Below are positions 1 to 14,653 of a stretch of DNA of 64,000 nt, in pieces. Position 1 is the first letter of the stretch. Each line of letters opens with the position of its first letter. The DNA is taken from the NCBI GenBank assembly GCA_965649765.1, contig OZ287755.1, forward strand, positions 46,562,001 to 46,626,000, in the 5' to 3' direction. Below the pieces are notes generated by a model that made no database searches, was not told the origin of the DNA, and worked only from the letters and a program-made list of their open reading frames with translations. The position numbers and the translations under genes are program-made. The stretch is from Bispira polyomma. Lineage: Eukaryota.

Positions 1-2812
1 GGCTTGTGCCACATTTGCTACAGTCATATAGTTTTTGGGGGACCATAGCCTCTGGATGAATATAAGAACACTCTGCCTTTGATATGTGCGACTTTATGTC
101 GAGAATAGGAGAAAATCAATTAGAATACAGGTTGATTGAAATTTAGTTTGGTACTTTCCTTTACACTGGCTCAAACGAGCATATGATTTTTAATAATTTG
201 TAAATGTGTAATCCAGTGGGTTGGAGAGACGAGCTTTAATGAAAGAAAAACAATGTTATCATAAATACGGAACAAAAGAAATACACTTGTGAAAAGACTT
301 GATATTTTAAACAAGTGACCTAATTTTTTACTATTATGATGAAAAAGCTGCATCGTATTCAGTTGTTATGTAATGATTAATAATTAAACATACTAATGTT
401 TATAACAACATGTACCACAAAATTGGGTGCATTAATTTATGGATATAAATACAGCTAGGAATTCATTATTAATAATGTACTCCATGCATATTATATTTAT
501 CCTCTAGGCAAATCATTACCACCATTTAACCTCAGAGGTAGTTAAGGCTCTACAGATGATAATAAAATACACTTTGGGGGGTACATGATAAATGGATTGG
601 TGAAAACTATCAACCCTATTGTGATCTGTATCATTAGTAGGGTTATGTTGTTACTTATCTTGTTTATAGAGTGTAATGATGCAATGACATCCACAAATTA
701 GGTTTATTTCATATCTACTAGTTTGTTCATTTTATTCACTAGGTGACTGAACCTTTTTACATGAAATCTGTTAAAGATATGTGACATGGGCCAATAAATC
801 GACATTGGATTTTGAAGTGGATCCAAGTGGAGATATGCAGTTAACTAATTGCAATTTATGTTACTAAATGCAATTGTACGTGTACCAGCATTTGTTAACA
901 AAGTGGACTTTGTGGGGACAAAGCCTAAAACTATACCATCAAACTAAAGCAACTTGGTCCAGTGAAAGACATATTATCTTTCTAATTTTCTTTTTACACT
1001 CGCTAATTGATTGTGTGCACATCATTATATTAGCTCAGGTCATTATTAAGCAGCAGGCTCGAAAAGCCAGCCCAGCTGTGAATGTCTGATTTAGTAACTA
1101 ACTGATGCAAGGGCGCCAATGAATGTGTGAAGTCTCCACTCAATTATTATAGCTTTTCCTCTCACTGAGTTAGTGCATACACAACATTCTATTAACCCCA
1201 GTAAGCTCAAAATGCTAGACTAGTAGGTGTGTCCTTGGGTTGGTGACAGACTAATTTTAGATATCCACTGAATGTGTCAGTCTTCACTCAAATTTGTTTT
1301 AGCCCTACCATTAACAAAAATACGCCTGACCTTTGTTTGCAGGTCATAATTATGGAGAGTAATATAAATATGTATGGACATATTTACAATTATAATTATG
1401 GTTTCCACAGCTTTAATGAGTTCTCACCTTTTTTGGAATGAAAACAAGTGTAGGTCACTTCCAATATCTGCATATGTACTTTTTTTAATAAAAAAGTTTT
1501 GTTATATAAAAAAAATTTCATATAATGCACCAGCTCCAGATAATGCAACATCTAATATACACAATTGAAAGCAAACTTGTATATTTTCTGAACAGCCTGA
1601 CCTTTTTTTGCGACAGTCTCGGCCATAAAAATGTTGTCGGCATCCCTGCTTGTATGGCAAAGTAGCTTAAACATTGCGTGTGAAATTTGAATTGCGTGTG
1701 AAATTTCCTCAGTGACACAGTTATAGTATTTTGCTCTTTTTTTGGCTGAGGTGTGATTAACTTAGGAATAATGCCATAACAAGACTGTTACTGGATAGTC
1801 TTAAGATACTAACACATTTGCAATATCACTTGTATTGTAGATTTTAAGTTGATGTTTTTCCAGGTTGATTTTTCTTTCAACAGTTGGCATTTATTTGGTG
1901 GAGGATGATGCAGTTTTATGGATTATTACTCAATCTAACATATGCCTTTTTAAGTGATAGAATTAATGTTAGTTTATAAATATACTATTTATGCAAACAG
2001 ATAATTGAAAAACAATTTTAAAACATTAGCGGCTACCAAGGGAGATTAAGGCCAGCTAAAAAATTTGGAAAATGATTCATTGCAGGCTTCGCTGATCAGT
2101 TCAGTATTTGGTTGAGCTATGACAAGGTCAAGTATGTGATGTGTGGAAGTGGAGATAAAATAAGTTAAAAATGTTGGAGGAGTGCTCTGTGGAAAAATGA
2201 CCACTCGAATTTTAGAAGCTATAAAAAGAACGAACAAGTGATACATATTAGGATATAAATAAAAATTATAATCACATATGTAATCACATTTGTACCAAAC
2301 AAGACTTTTGCCGAAATTTTTATGCCAAAATTTGAATATAATACAATCATAAAAATGATATAACTATGATTCAATGGTAAAAATGTTTTTGTTAATAATA
2401 CTAATTGCTGGTGTATAGAAAGAGAGAGAGAATTGATTTATTATAGTGTCACCTGCACATACAGAAAACATAAACTATAATATATTGGCTACCCAGCCAG
2501 CTCATTTTACCTGGGCTTACGAGGCACTTCTTACAAATACATTTTAGATATACAACATATATACAAATATATATATATTATTATATATAAGTTACATAGT
2601 ATACAAGTAACAGTTTACACCGAGCTAAATATAAGTTTACAGAACATTCAAAGATTTAGTTAATACATTAATAGATTTAGTTAATGCATATATTCAGTTA
2701 ATACATGTCATTTTTAATTTGTTACCGGTTTCTAGTTTAACATTGATTTCCTATTTAAGAATATTTTTACTATATAGTCCTTAAATATCCCCCGTGATCC
2801 CCCGTGGTCCAG

Positions 2813-3115
2813 TGTGATCTCCGGTGGTCTAGTGGTTAGGGTGTAGGTCTGATGATCAGAAGGTCCCCGGTTCAAGTCCCGGTATTTCATTTGGTGGGAT
2901 AACATCCTTAGGCAATATGTGAACACAAGTTTGCCTAGTGGCTCGGATGGCCACTGGAAATGGCGGTCCTCTGTCACTGAGTAATATCTCCAGTGGCAGA
3001 TTAGTGGCTGCAGTAGTGGGCTGTAGTGGCTGCCCATGAGGAAGCGCATTTGAAAGGACTCTGTGTTCTATAAGTGCGCTATAACAAATGTACTATTTCA
3101 TTATTTCATTTCATT
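2813..3115 (+). mobile_element. tRNA-derived SINE, family A (Deu/Nin-like core, L2-type tail)
   Basis: Pol III A box TGGTCTAGTGG and B box GGTTCAAGTCC; core CGGATGGCCACTGGAAATGGCGGTCC; tail TAAGTGCGCTATAACAAATG plus short repeats; second copy at 19060-19280. Confidence 0.8.
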
Positions 3116-6108
3116 AAGATGTTATTATTTTCTTTCTTCATTAAAAGGTCAAACTTTTTATTATCTTCAAAAGAGTTCCATTCAATGTATTGGGTATTAA
3201 TTTTCTCAGAGAATGCAAGTGTATATCTCTTGATTGGTGTGGATCTTCACGTTCATTTGTAATGTTTATTTTACCGTCAGACTCTGACAATTAATCAGTT
3301 TTATAATCATCTTATTAATTAAAAATCACATTAACATGTATGTTGGTGCTCTTGGTCAAGTAAATAAAATGGTTATATAAACTATCATCTTGATTATCCG
3401 GTAATATTATAATACTTGGCCAGAACTTGTTTTTACAACACATTTAGAGTTTATTTTGTCAAAAGTTACACTTTTTATTCACTGAATTTAGTACAGCAAG
3501 CTCTGTGTAACCTAAGCAATAGAACTTTTTAATATTGCATAGGCGCAACATTATATACATATAACCAGTTTAATTTTATATCTTAAACTACCTGACACCT
3601 GATTCCATGATTCAATTCAATGAGGGTGATATATTTCGATGATAATTCGGTGTGCTATAGAAATACATATAGCTGTGGATATAGCTCAAGGGCTCTCCTC
3701 AATTTTATCTGTGTGTTGGCAAGAGTAATAATAAAACTGTTGAATAACTTCTTTAGTGACGACTGAAAAATAGTTGTACTGTTTAAGGACAGGTATACAC
3801 AGTATTTTAGAATTCCATATAGAGTCTGAACAAATATTAAACCACACAGAGCACAGAGCTAGCTATTCAAGTGATATGAATACTAAATTGAAGGACTAAC
3901 ATGAAAATCCCATTTTGATATCAAATGTCTAGGGTCCTTATGCTCTGTGGTAAAGACATCTCAAATGACTGCAGGCAATGCAAGAAGTGACGTCATACAT
4001 TGGCCTAAATGGCAGAAACTTTTCACATTTTTAGCTTAACTGTAATTATACCTCAAACTGTTTGTCAACAATTGTGAAAGTTTGATTTTTAACAAAAGCC
4101 AACATGGACGTTTGGTGGATTTGTAACAAAAAATGAACTGAAATGAATTCCTTTACTGCTATTTATATTATATTTAAACCTAAATTCTCTCACAAATATT
4201 TGTATTTGATCGCCCTAGACATATTAAAAGAAAACATTTTTATTAAGAGACCGTCTCTCCATAAAAAAGAAGATTTAAAATGAACTTTATATTGAACAAA
4301 CATCTCCATATATGATATTAACAGACCACTTGAGGGTATTTCATTTCAGAACTAATGATTGTTAGCACCGAACGCACCAACATATTCAGTTGTTAGTTAA
4401 TAATTAATAATTGAAGAGTCCAATTAAAATATACCACAAATGAAGTGCTTATGTAAATGCAAACTTTAAAAGCAGCTTATGTACAATTCAATTAGCTGAA
4501 AACAAGACATATAGGTCGACGATTATGTAATTATATATTATAGATATTTAGTTACTTCTAGGTAATTTCTGAGGATTGAAGGCTGTTGTAAAACACAAAA
4601 TTAACTAGGAACTACTGAATATTTCTACACAACTTTGTAGTGTAAAAATCCATCTATCTATGCATCTGTATCACATTATTATCTATATGGGAATTTTTGT
4701 ATAGTTGGTATTTAATAATAGTAAGTTAATTAGCTTATTAATTAATTACTTTTACTGGTATTTAGTTACAGCGATTTTTGTAGATTTATCATTCTTTATT
4801 AATATTTCAACAAACTTAACTTGAAAATTCAGCTATATATTTTTAAGAATATGTTGTGGTTCATTTTTATATGGTTATATAAATAGTAAAACTTTTACAT
4901 ATATTGTAGAAACAATTTGTATGACAATATTATTCATGTAGCATACCATTCATAATGTTAAATATTATTTGAATATAAATTTTGTACTAATAGTCTGCAC
5001 CATCTATCAAACTAACCAATTATATAACATCATTAAGCTTCATATCTTAATAAAAGAAGGGAAATCTTTGGTTATTTACCACAATGGATACTGACCTGGA
5101 GAAGGCAGGAGACATTTAGCCGAGACTTCCGTATTGATGATCCCTTTTTCTGATGTAAGCCCATGCTTTCATGCAGCCGATGAATATATGTTTCTGTGTC
5201 ACTTCATCAGAATCACATTTTAAAGATATATATTCCATCCAATACATCGACCAGATTTGCCATTTTTTTAGCTCCCTAACAGAATAAATCTGAATTAATC
5301 CAATGAAGATTCTGCTAACATCTGATCTCATTTGACACATCAAAGTGCATACACTGTAAGTGCTAGCAGGGGGGACGGGCGTTACAAAAGCATTGGATGA
5401 TATATATCTCATACATGAAAGCGTAGACTAAAGGCTGAACAAAATAGCTGAGCTGAGGACATTTGCGGGTAAATGTTGAATGGATTGGTCTAAAAATCAC
5501 CAACCCTCCTGATCATTATAGGCTATATCATTAGTATAGTTAGTTGTCTGTAGTTACTGAACTTGTTTAAAGAGGCTAATGATGTCATTACTTTGCAATG
5601 TCCATGGACTTAATGATTGAACCAATGAATCTGCTGTTGGGCTTTACAAGATGCCTAGCATCAATAAAGCGCGTTAAAAATCAATAATAATAATAATATA
5701 TCACCTATGGAGGTTATAACGTCACTGGTATATCTTTGATTGTCACCAGGATTACAATGTAGGTTTTAATGTAAGTGGGGAATAGGTCAGATCAGGTAAA
5801 ATGTGAAGGTGATATTTTAACCAGGCCTCAGTAAAATATATGGTTTGGACTTTTTTCCTGTACAAGTTAGTGTAATAATGTATAAAACGTTATTTGTGTT
5901 GAACTAAAAAGGTTAAAATGAATTTCAAGTACCTTGTGAACACTCCAACCACGGGGATTTCCGGATCTCAAGGGCTAAATGTTGATTGGACGTGGCCTAA
6001 ATACCACCAACGACCCCCCCCCCCCCCCCCCTTTTATCATTATAACTGTATCATTAGTAAGAACAGTTGTCTGTTGTTACTGGTTTTATTTATGAAGGGT
6101 AATTATGC

Positions 6109-6320
6109 TATTACCTCCACCGTGGAGGTTATCCATTTTCCAGGTATTTCTTTTGTTTGTTTATTTGTAACCAATTTTGAAATTTATTTTGGGTTTTTAT
6201 TAGCAATAGTACATAAACAAACTACCAAACCCATTTACATGATATTTCATGGAGTTATAGGGTAAGAATCCATTAAATTGTGCAGCAAATTTAGGTAGAC
6301 GGGCGGATCCATAATTTTGT
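6109..6320 (+). mobile_element. Degenerate non-autonomous element resembling Helentron-associated (HINE/DINE-like) repeats
   Basis: Starts TTACCTCCACCGTGGAGGTTAT (short hairpin), then a GTTT microsatellite; looser copies near 27768-27910 and 44090-44270. Confidence 0.45.
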
Positions 6321-6619
6321 GCTCTACTTGTAAAAGGCATGTGCTCTATGATATGATCCGATCCATTTTTAACACGCCTAATTGATGCCAGACATCTTTC
6401 TTCTAAAGCATAACATTGACAAATTTGTTAAAACGTAGTCTATTTCAAATGCAAATTCGTGGCGTAGAGGATAAAGATGTCTTTGGAGGGTAAGCAAGGG
6501 GAGAGAGATGGGTCTTAAGGTTGCTTCTAAAACCAGAAAGAGTTTTCTGGGATCTCATAATGGCTGGTAAATTATTGCATATTGTTGATGCTGCAAAAGA
6601 GAAGGCATAGGATCATATC

Positions 6620-7090
6620 CGTTTACTGGTTCTGGTATCGGAGACTGAAATTCTGTTTCCCTTGATAAGCCTGCTGAAAGGCAGCAATGAGGCAACATTG
6701 GACAAAGAATATGCAAACTTTGCAATGAACATTTTGAGGACGAAATTCATTTCTCTTTCAACTGTGTAGCTTTTTATGATGAGTGGAGTAATATTTAAAT
6801 AGCCCTGGATTACCATTTATATCATTTACCCAAAGATGCAATTACTGGTACTTGTAGGAAATTACATGTGGAAGAACGATTATGTTTAGTGTGTAAAAAT
6901 AAAGATATTGAAGATGAAATCCACTTTTTTTGTAATTGTTTGGCGTATCAAGCTCTTATGGAAAGGTTATTTAATATAATACAACAGAATTTACCTCACT
7001 TTTCAGTAATTTCAGATATAGATAAATTTAACATAATATAACAACTTGTGTCATACTTAGCTGATTCTAGGAAAATTAGACAAAATATAG
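6620..7090 (+). mobile_element. 3' fragments of a non-LTR retrotransposon ORF2 (C-terminal Cys/His knuckle), two degenerate copies
   Basis: Translates to EERLCLVCKNKDIEDEIHFFCNCLAY at ~6870-6950 and FEDEIHFSFNC at ~6733-6765. Confidence 0.65.
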
Positions 7091-7849
7091 TTAATAGTTA
7101 ATAATAAGTACTTGTATATGTGTTTGTATGGAAATAAAACTTAACCAAAAATTCAACCTTTCTAACTTCAAAAATAAAAATTTGTAATAATGTACTAGAA
7201 TGGTCTTCTGGGCTCTGATATCTCTGCGGCAAAGGTCTAACAGCCTAACAATGCCCAGAAGTCTGATCCAGTACATTATAACTGTATTAAATGTGAACAA
7301 AGTATGTGTAAAATCTTGTGTAAAATGATTTCTGTGTCATGTGTACTTTTATCTGTGTTTGTATGGAAATATAACTAACTAAAGGAATAAAGTATGCGTA
7401 AAATTGTAACTATAATCACTGTTATCAATATCTTATTGTCAAAGTTACTTATACGCCCATTGGGGCTGGGTTATATACTTTATGTAATATTTGTATATAC
7501 CCATATGTATAACTTCTGTATATAGTATAGATATTATTTATATCTCATGTAATATATGTAAAAAAAGTGCCTCATAAGCCCATGTGTGCTTGGCTGGCTG
7601 CCATAGTTATGATTTGTTAAAAATGTATATAGAATATTGAAGTATAAAAAATCCTCTTTATAGGGGCTGACAAAGGTTTAAGTTTGAGTGGACTGTGGTA
7701 CATCTTGTGTGTCACTGTTGAAGCTGTTCTTGTATACTAGTCTTTCTTGGGTTTTAATGTTGTGAAGTGATGTAATCTTCGTTCTTCACACACTTGCATT
7801 ATATTAAACACACAATTCAAACCGTATGTAAACTTATTCAAAATCAATT

Positions 7850-8420
7850 CCCGTGCATAATGCTGAGCTGATCTTGTACATCGTTTGCTGTTAGAGATTA
7901 GGTAGATTTGGGTGTCATCTGCATACATGTGATGTTTGATATTTGATATAGAGTTTGTTAATAACATAAGTCTAAAGGATAAATAGATCTTTGACTCCTG
8001 TTGACAAGGTATGAACCAATCCACTCCAAGGTGAGGCATTAAATGCCAAACAAAATTCATCAGTTTATTTTTAGATGTTGTGGTCGATGGTATCAAAAAC
8101 TGCTGACCGGTCCAGCAGTGTCAGAGCAGTAACTTCACCTAAGTCAGAGCCAAGTCTGATGTCATTACATATATATAACAGACCACTTTCAGTTGAATGA
8201 TGTCTTCTGTAGGCAGACTGATACAGGTTGGCTTCTTGTTGAAAATAAAAAATTTGAAAATAAAACTAGGGTAAGAAACAAGCCTAGATTTGCTTAATGT
8301 GTTTTCATCAAGGTTGGTTTTCTTGAGTAAAAGGGTAACAAAAATAGTTTCAAAACAGTCGGAAAAATGCCTTTGAGAAGTGATGAGTATATTACATATA
8401 GTTTGCCATTTTATTATTAT
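7850..8420 (-). mobile_element. L2/CR1-group LINE reverse transcriptase fragment (pseudogene)
   Basis: HHMYADDTQIYL (YADD motif) and LLKKTNLDENTLSKSRLVSYPSFIFK, resembling the L2 motif PLLKK..LD...NYRPVS.LPF.SK; frameshifted. Confidence 0.75.
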
Positions 8421-9725
8421 GAACTTAAGATGTTTTACAAATGGCAAAATACTAGATCTTTGAAACAGGTTTTCTCGTGAGGATTTCTACTAAAGTAAAA
8501 TAGTTAGATAAAGTATATAAAAATGTCAAGCTGACAGAAATAACTATGTGTATAATAATAAAGTGACATTTACAGAAGCATTAGAGTAAAATTGACTTAA
8601 ACTGATTTGGTAGAATGAAATAGACAACCAAATTTTATAGAACATGGATCTGAGATGTCTTTTCTTGTGTTGCAATAGGTCCAATTCAGGCAATACATAG
8701 ACTCTCTTTAACAAAACACTACTCCAATAGTCTCATACAGCATTTTATGCCCAGTAATAATATCACTGAATCACACAGAGCTAATGTGCCCTACACAATG
8801 AAACATGAAACCTTACAAGTAAATTCCATTTTGATATCACGTGATAAGGACCCATGTTCTGTGTGCAGTTGAGATGCCTATCTGAAACTTAAAGTTATAC
8901 CGAGTTGTAGTGGCTTCATCGAGAATGGGAGGGGTATGTAATTGGGAGTCCATTTCTAATGATATTTAATTATTATTGTGAATTTATCATTATGAATTTT
9001 TAGCGTGCTTTATTGATGCTTATAATGTATGTGTTTGATGCATAACATTTTCGAGTGCCTCAATTAATTATATATTTTATATTAGCCTGTAGATTAAAGA
9101 CATATTCTAATGTAAAATCTAAGGTGTTACCCACTAACTTCCTTAAAGCAGTGTTTCTAGAATATCTATGAAAATAGTTAATTAAACCAATATTGATGTG
9201 TTTCTTTTTACAAAACATTCTGCATAGGCTTCATTTGAGTACTACTTTTAGTTTTGTTTAACAATTTCTCCACCAAAATGTTAGTTCTACTTATGAATTC
9301 ACGTCAATTATTTTCAAATATAGTCAACCCTTTAGCTGCTAAAAAGGAAACTGGTTACAGTGCATATCTCTGCTAAGCCAACAGTTATAAAACTACATGG
9401 ATGGGCCCTTTGACCCTTATCCACTCCTAAATTGATTCCTGGTGAACAACAAACCAACGCCTGTGAGCAACATGGTAACCTTTTTGATCCTAGTGAATAA
9501 AAATTTCCAATACAATTCCATGCATGCCTGTATTATCATATATTACCAATATTGTGACACATATGACAATAATATAGTACCACTGATCAGCTTCCAAATA
9601 CTAGAGGTAAATTTTCACCTTAGGTATATCACCTATGTTGGAAGTTATCGTATTTATATCTTTTTAGCCTTAATATTGCTATTCCCAAGTTGCCAATGAG
9701 CCATTGCACTGGTCATCAGTCTCAG

Positions 9726-9962
9726 GGTTGGTATTCTCTAACGCATATTCAGCTCAAACTCGTACTCAACTCAAATCTGGATTCTCTATAACTCTGAATG
9801 CAACAAACATATGTAAAATCTGACTTCATCTTAGAATTCAGTGTTGAAAGCTCTATTAAAAGGAATGGTCAATAGGTTATTTCCATGTACATGGATTTCC
9901 CAATGGCCTGTATTTGAGTTGAGTATGAGTTTAAACTGAGTATACGCTGGAGAACACAGCCC
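9726..9962. mobile_element. Palindromic MITE (Harbinger-like)
   Basis: Imperfect ~50-bp terminal inverted repeats (..CTCAAACTCGTACTCAACTCAAAT / ATTTGAGTTGAGTATGAGTTTAAAC..), flanked by CAG and CTG. Confidence 0.6.
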
Positions 9963-12844
9963 CTGGCATTTAGTTCAAGTTATAGATAAAATAGAACTCA
10001 ACCCTCATTACTCAAATAAAGTCACTCTAGACCTAAAGCTGAATGTATTCACCTACATCTGTATACTACCCTCCCTTAAAAGGGATGGCATTATTTGACA
10101 ACACAGCTCCATAAATGTCTGGTAAAGGGAGTTTTACCTAAAATCCACCCTATACATGGATGTCCGGTGTTTTTATGGGTGTGATCTATACTTTGTTTTT
10201 ACCAGACACAGTCTGATATTGTTTTCATTCTAAAAAGGGTGCCGCCATCTTCATTAATTGGTTGGACGCAATCGACCCGACCAAACTGAGGGGTGCCAGA
10301 TGTATTGTTATCAGGCACAGCCTGGGACCTGAGTATATAGTGGTCATATCAATCTTAGTGTATTTCACACTGGGCACCTGTATCTCTTTTTTAAATTCAA
10401 TACTTTTTCTATAATTTCTTCTATACATATTCCGTAATAGCACATTTCTGTACAGCTATTTTTAGTAAATTTGAACATTTGCATGAATATTAAATGTGTG
10501 TGTACCAAAAAAGTGGCACAAATCTATTGTCTATCTCGGTTAATTATCCTGACTAATGGTCATGTACGACCTGTTTATATCCAAGCACTGTGCGAATGAA
10601 ACATGATTGTGATCGTTAAGTAGGTCAGTAAAGCCTCTTGCATTAGCAAAGAGACATTCTGTGAGAAGGGCTTTAGGTTAATTTGCAAATGGTCTATATT
10701 ATAAATGAATGATTGAAGTAACACATTTATTACACACAGCTGTTTACCATTCTTACACTCCTTATATACAAGTACATTGTACTGATTAAGTCTATTTATC
10801 AGTAGAGATACCTAACACATGGTTTATTTAAGGTATTTTAAAGGTATATAAACTTAGTTACAGAATTGTCTTGCCATAAAGCAATGCACCTTGGCTAAAT
10901 TCACTTACATTTTGCAGTATTCGATAGAATTATATTTAGATTATTACAACTTGCAATTAGGTAAAGCTTTTGACCCTGTCAGTTGGTTAGTGTGTGTCTT
11001 TGATATTTTTTTTTTTTTTTCAATTTGATTTGTCACTGTAGCGCCTTGTTGGTGGTATAGGTAATATAACAATATTCTTTCTACCAATTGTTCAATGAAA
11101 TTTGTATAAATCATTGACTGTCCTTGTATGATAACCATTTTTATCTTTGTGTGTGTCACTTTTATTATCTTCAATCTAATATTCTCTGTTACCTTGTGTT
11201 AACAATTTACAGTGAAATTTCCTCATGTATACATCCGCATAAATACAGTCCTACCAAATTACCCGGATGTATAAACCAGGTAAAATTGCTATCGTGCTAA
11301 TGGTGCTTGCATGTGTATATGGCATTAAAGACAGTCTATTAAGCCTGTCTGGGTAAACCAAATCACAGAATAACAACAAATATACCTGTGTTCAATTATT
11401 TACTCACGGCAACACTAATTAGATTAATGTAACCAAACCTTCCAACATGTTCATGAGTAACAAATTGTACACACTATTTGCTTAAATTGCTTGCTAAAGC
11501 CTCTAGATAATTGAAAGAAAGTCATATTTCAAATATTATATGCAAATATTAATCTCAAGATTGATATGTATTGGATAACATCAAATCACTGACTGTTGGG
11601 ATTGGTATCCTATGTACTATGTATGCTTAAAATTAAGGAATACACCAGCATCAACCTGGATTGAAGGCATAGGAACATAGGTATTTTTAGAAATAATAAC
11701 CATTAAATACACAGTAAACCCAGGGAACTATACAAAGTAAGAATCAATCAACAAAGAATGGTAGATATTCATTTGTGTTAAGAAAAACCCCTGTCACATA
11801 GTGGCACAGTAAGTTTTAAAACAAAAGTCAATATAAAAAGGAAATCCTTCATAACATGCAATTTGAGAGATGGTAAACATTGTATCTGACAATTTAAAAA
11901 ATGGTGGAAAGCCAAAGTGAAAACTTATATTACGTAACATATATCCCATTGATGTTAGTGAAAGTCACATGTTAGAAGAAACATATATATCCTTGCGTTA
12001 CCTGTTTGCGACGGTGTAAGGCAATATACCTCATGTTATGCATATTTATCTGAAAATCAGAGCAGTTACTGGCTATCGACGGTTATGGTTAAATTCATCA
12101 AATGCAAATGTATATGCTAACTTTTAAAATAATTAGGACACAAATTGACAATTCATCGACTTTCCCATGAAATACACCATTTTATTTTAATAAAACGGCA
12201 GGCAACAATATTTTTTCATGCAAATGAAATTGTGTGTGCAGTTTTTTTAACCCATCCCAGGAACACAACTTCCAAAAAAGGGATGTAATGGTTACTCATT
12301 TCCCCCAGTTTACAAAATAAGTTATAATCTTATATTTTATATAACGGTTAAATAAATATCTTACAAGTACGAAAAAATTAAATCGAGACCAATTGAGCAA
12401 TGACATCCATATATACTATTTTAGTTTACAAATAAAGTTTTGTAAATAAATGGTATTGTTCATATATGTAGTCTACCCATGCCACTCCATATTAACCTAC
12501 TTGCCTGTAGGCACATTATTAACACCATGCAATTGTAGAGACAACCCCAAATGCAGGACAAGTTTGGTATGGAAGCTATAAAGGAACAGCCTTTTAGGTG
12601 TTGGTGGTAAATGTGTTGGTGTGAGAGTGAAACCTTTTCTCCAGGCTGTATTAGTAGTAGGTTTATCATTATTATTCTTAAAGCCTTATGCCCTAGTAAC
12701 AAGTAGGCGGTACTTGAAAGAACAGAATTTATTGTAACTTGTCTTTTTGTCTATTAAATCGGCTGTTACATATATGAGACATATACCCGAAAAAAGTTTT
12801 GCAGACAGAAAAGTAAAGATGACTACTATTACAATTACTACAAC

Positions 12845-13053
12845 TTACAGTAGTGAAACAGAAATACACAAAAATAGTCAGAAATGGGTGGGAATGCGGG
12901 GAAGAGTTACAGTATTGAAACAGAAATACACGTAAATAGTCAGAAATGGGTGGGAATGCGGGAAAGAGTTACAGTATTTAAACAGAAATACACGTAAATA
13001 GTCAGAAATGGGTGGGAATGCGGGGAAGAGTTACAGTATTGAAACAGAAATAC
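12845..13053. repeat. Minisatellite, 62-bp unit, ~3.3 copies
   Basis: GAAACAGAAATAC-like motif recurs at 12855, 12917, 12979 and 13041 with near-identical intervening sequence. Confidence 0.95.
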
Positions 13054-13247
13054 GTGGCAATATTTGGAAGTAGGTGGAAACAGGCTGAAACACAACAATT
13101 GCATGGACCGAAGACCTACGGTAGTAATAAGGCACTACTCTGTCAAGGGCGGAAGGCCTTTTTTACCTTTTTCCGCTTTAGTGAGGTTGAAAAAGTTTTG
13201 AATACTGCATGGTTCATGTAGATAATATAAACGAAATGCTAACTCTG

Positions 13248-13343
13248 GGGCCGTATTCAAGAAGGGACTTAGCCAAGTCTTAGGCTTAAATCAGTATACT
13301 TTTGTGCTAGATTTAAGCCTAAGACCCTTCGTGAATACGGCCC
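13248..13343. mobile_element. 96-bp Harbinger-type MITE
   Basis: TIRs GGGCCGTATTCA / TGAATACGGCCC, internal palindrome CTTAGGCTTAAATC..GATTTAAGCCTAAG, CTG target duplication on both sides. Confidence 0.75.
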
Positions 13344-14429
13344 CTGTCCTAGTTTAAATTTAAGCCATGTTTACCTACCCAGAGATTTTACAGTCACTGT
13401 ATCTTATATATGATATTGAACACAAATTATCCTTCTAAAATGCATCTTAAATCAGTACATACTTTGGTGTCTTTTTAACACTCATCGTTTGCATAGGAAT
13501 AAGTAAATACATGTATATAAATGATATATAATATTATATATATATATATATATTCAGATAATTCACTTTTGGTTTTATTTTGGATTTTTAAAAATCACTC
13601 AAACAGTCATCTACATCAAGCCACAGATATTGAACAGTTAAAGGAACACAGTAGGGACACTATATATCTGTACAGAATATAATTATTTCCTGTGTTAAGG
13701 GCAAACAACTGTTAAAATGTTTGTAAGTGGCATGTTCATTAGTGACATTACTTTGTCACAGACTGATGGAAATGACCTGTATTGTAAGGTTCTGTGTGTG
13801 CTGCGTTTACTTTAGTTTAAACAAGGTATCCTTACACCAAATAACAGTTGTTGACAGCTAAATGTGGTCTACAATGAGTTTTTACTTCAGCCAAGAAGGA
13901 ACCTTTTACAAATAAACTTAGGTCTGACTGTGCCAGAAAAAAATTATTCTGTGTTGAACAAAATATATGTCAAGGTATTGTATTTAGATTTAGATTCATT
14001 TTAGTTAATCTGATATTCAATATTATAAAAATATCTTTACTTGAATGTACAAGTACAGCCAGCTAGCATCAGTAACTGCCATCATCCTAACTGAAGAGAA
14101 AAATTTTGGGGTGGCTGTTTATCAATAGCAATACACAAGGTTCTTTAGTGTGGTAAAATGACTCAATATGAGACCACTATATATTGGGTCCTATCGTCAC
14201 GAGCAGACAAAATAAATTTCTGTATTGGACCTGGTGGGGCTAGGCTTGGAATAAACCCAACTCATCTGTGTTTCCTCTATGTGCTATATTACTCCCAAAT
14301 TTGGAAATACACCAAAAAAATAGTAGACTTGAATAATGGAAAATTACTCATTTCCTTTTTAACTGTTTGTGAACAATTTCGATGTTTAGGGTCTTAGTGC
14401 AAAGAGGGTGAATGTCAATTTTTGATTGA

Positions 14430-14653
14430 TTTCATTTTTTTTTAAAATTTGGATATTAACGTCCACTCTAGTACCTGTTTAGGTTATATTGAGATGGGTA
14501 GTTAGAAACGCTGGAGGAAACACTGCATACAGTTGATCAAGGTTCTGCACTGAAACCAGCGGCCCACAGCAAGGAACTACCACCTTTCCCACATAGGCAT
14601 CGACGGGATTCGAACTCACGCCGCCCAGAGGTGAGAGACCAGTGATTGTGAAG
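14430..14653 (-). mobile_element. tRNA-derived SINE, family B, 5'-truncated
   Basis: Reverse-complement homolog of 36895-37146; 13-bp TSD AATTTTTGATTGA at 14417-14429 and 14654-14666. Confidence 0.85.

Noticed and set aside
2821-2885. tRNA gene
   Set aside because: A/B boxes run into a SINE body and tail with a second copy elsewhere; the same applies to 36895 and ~19560-19640
5085-5412. Possible exon or C/D snoRNA
   Set aside because: No sustained ORF with a recognisable domain; TGATGA/CTGA boxes lack proper spacing and a terminal stem
9330-9600. Possible very old DIRS RT fragment (GPFDPYP)
   Set aside because: Too short and degenerate to support without a profile search
12845-13053. Possible CRISPR-like array
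   Set aside because: Units are contiguous with no unique spacers, there are no cas genes, and the context is eukaryotic
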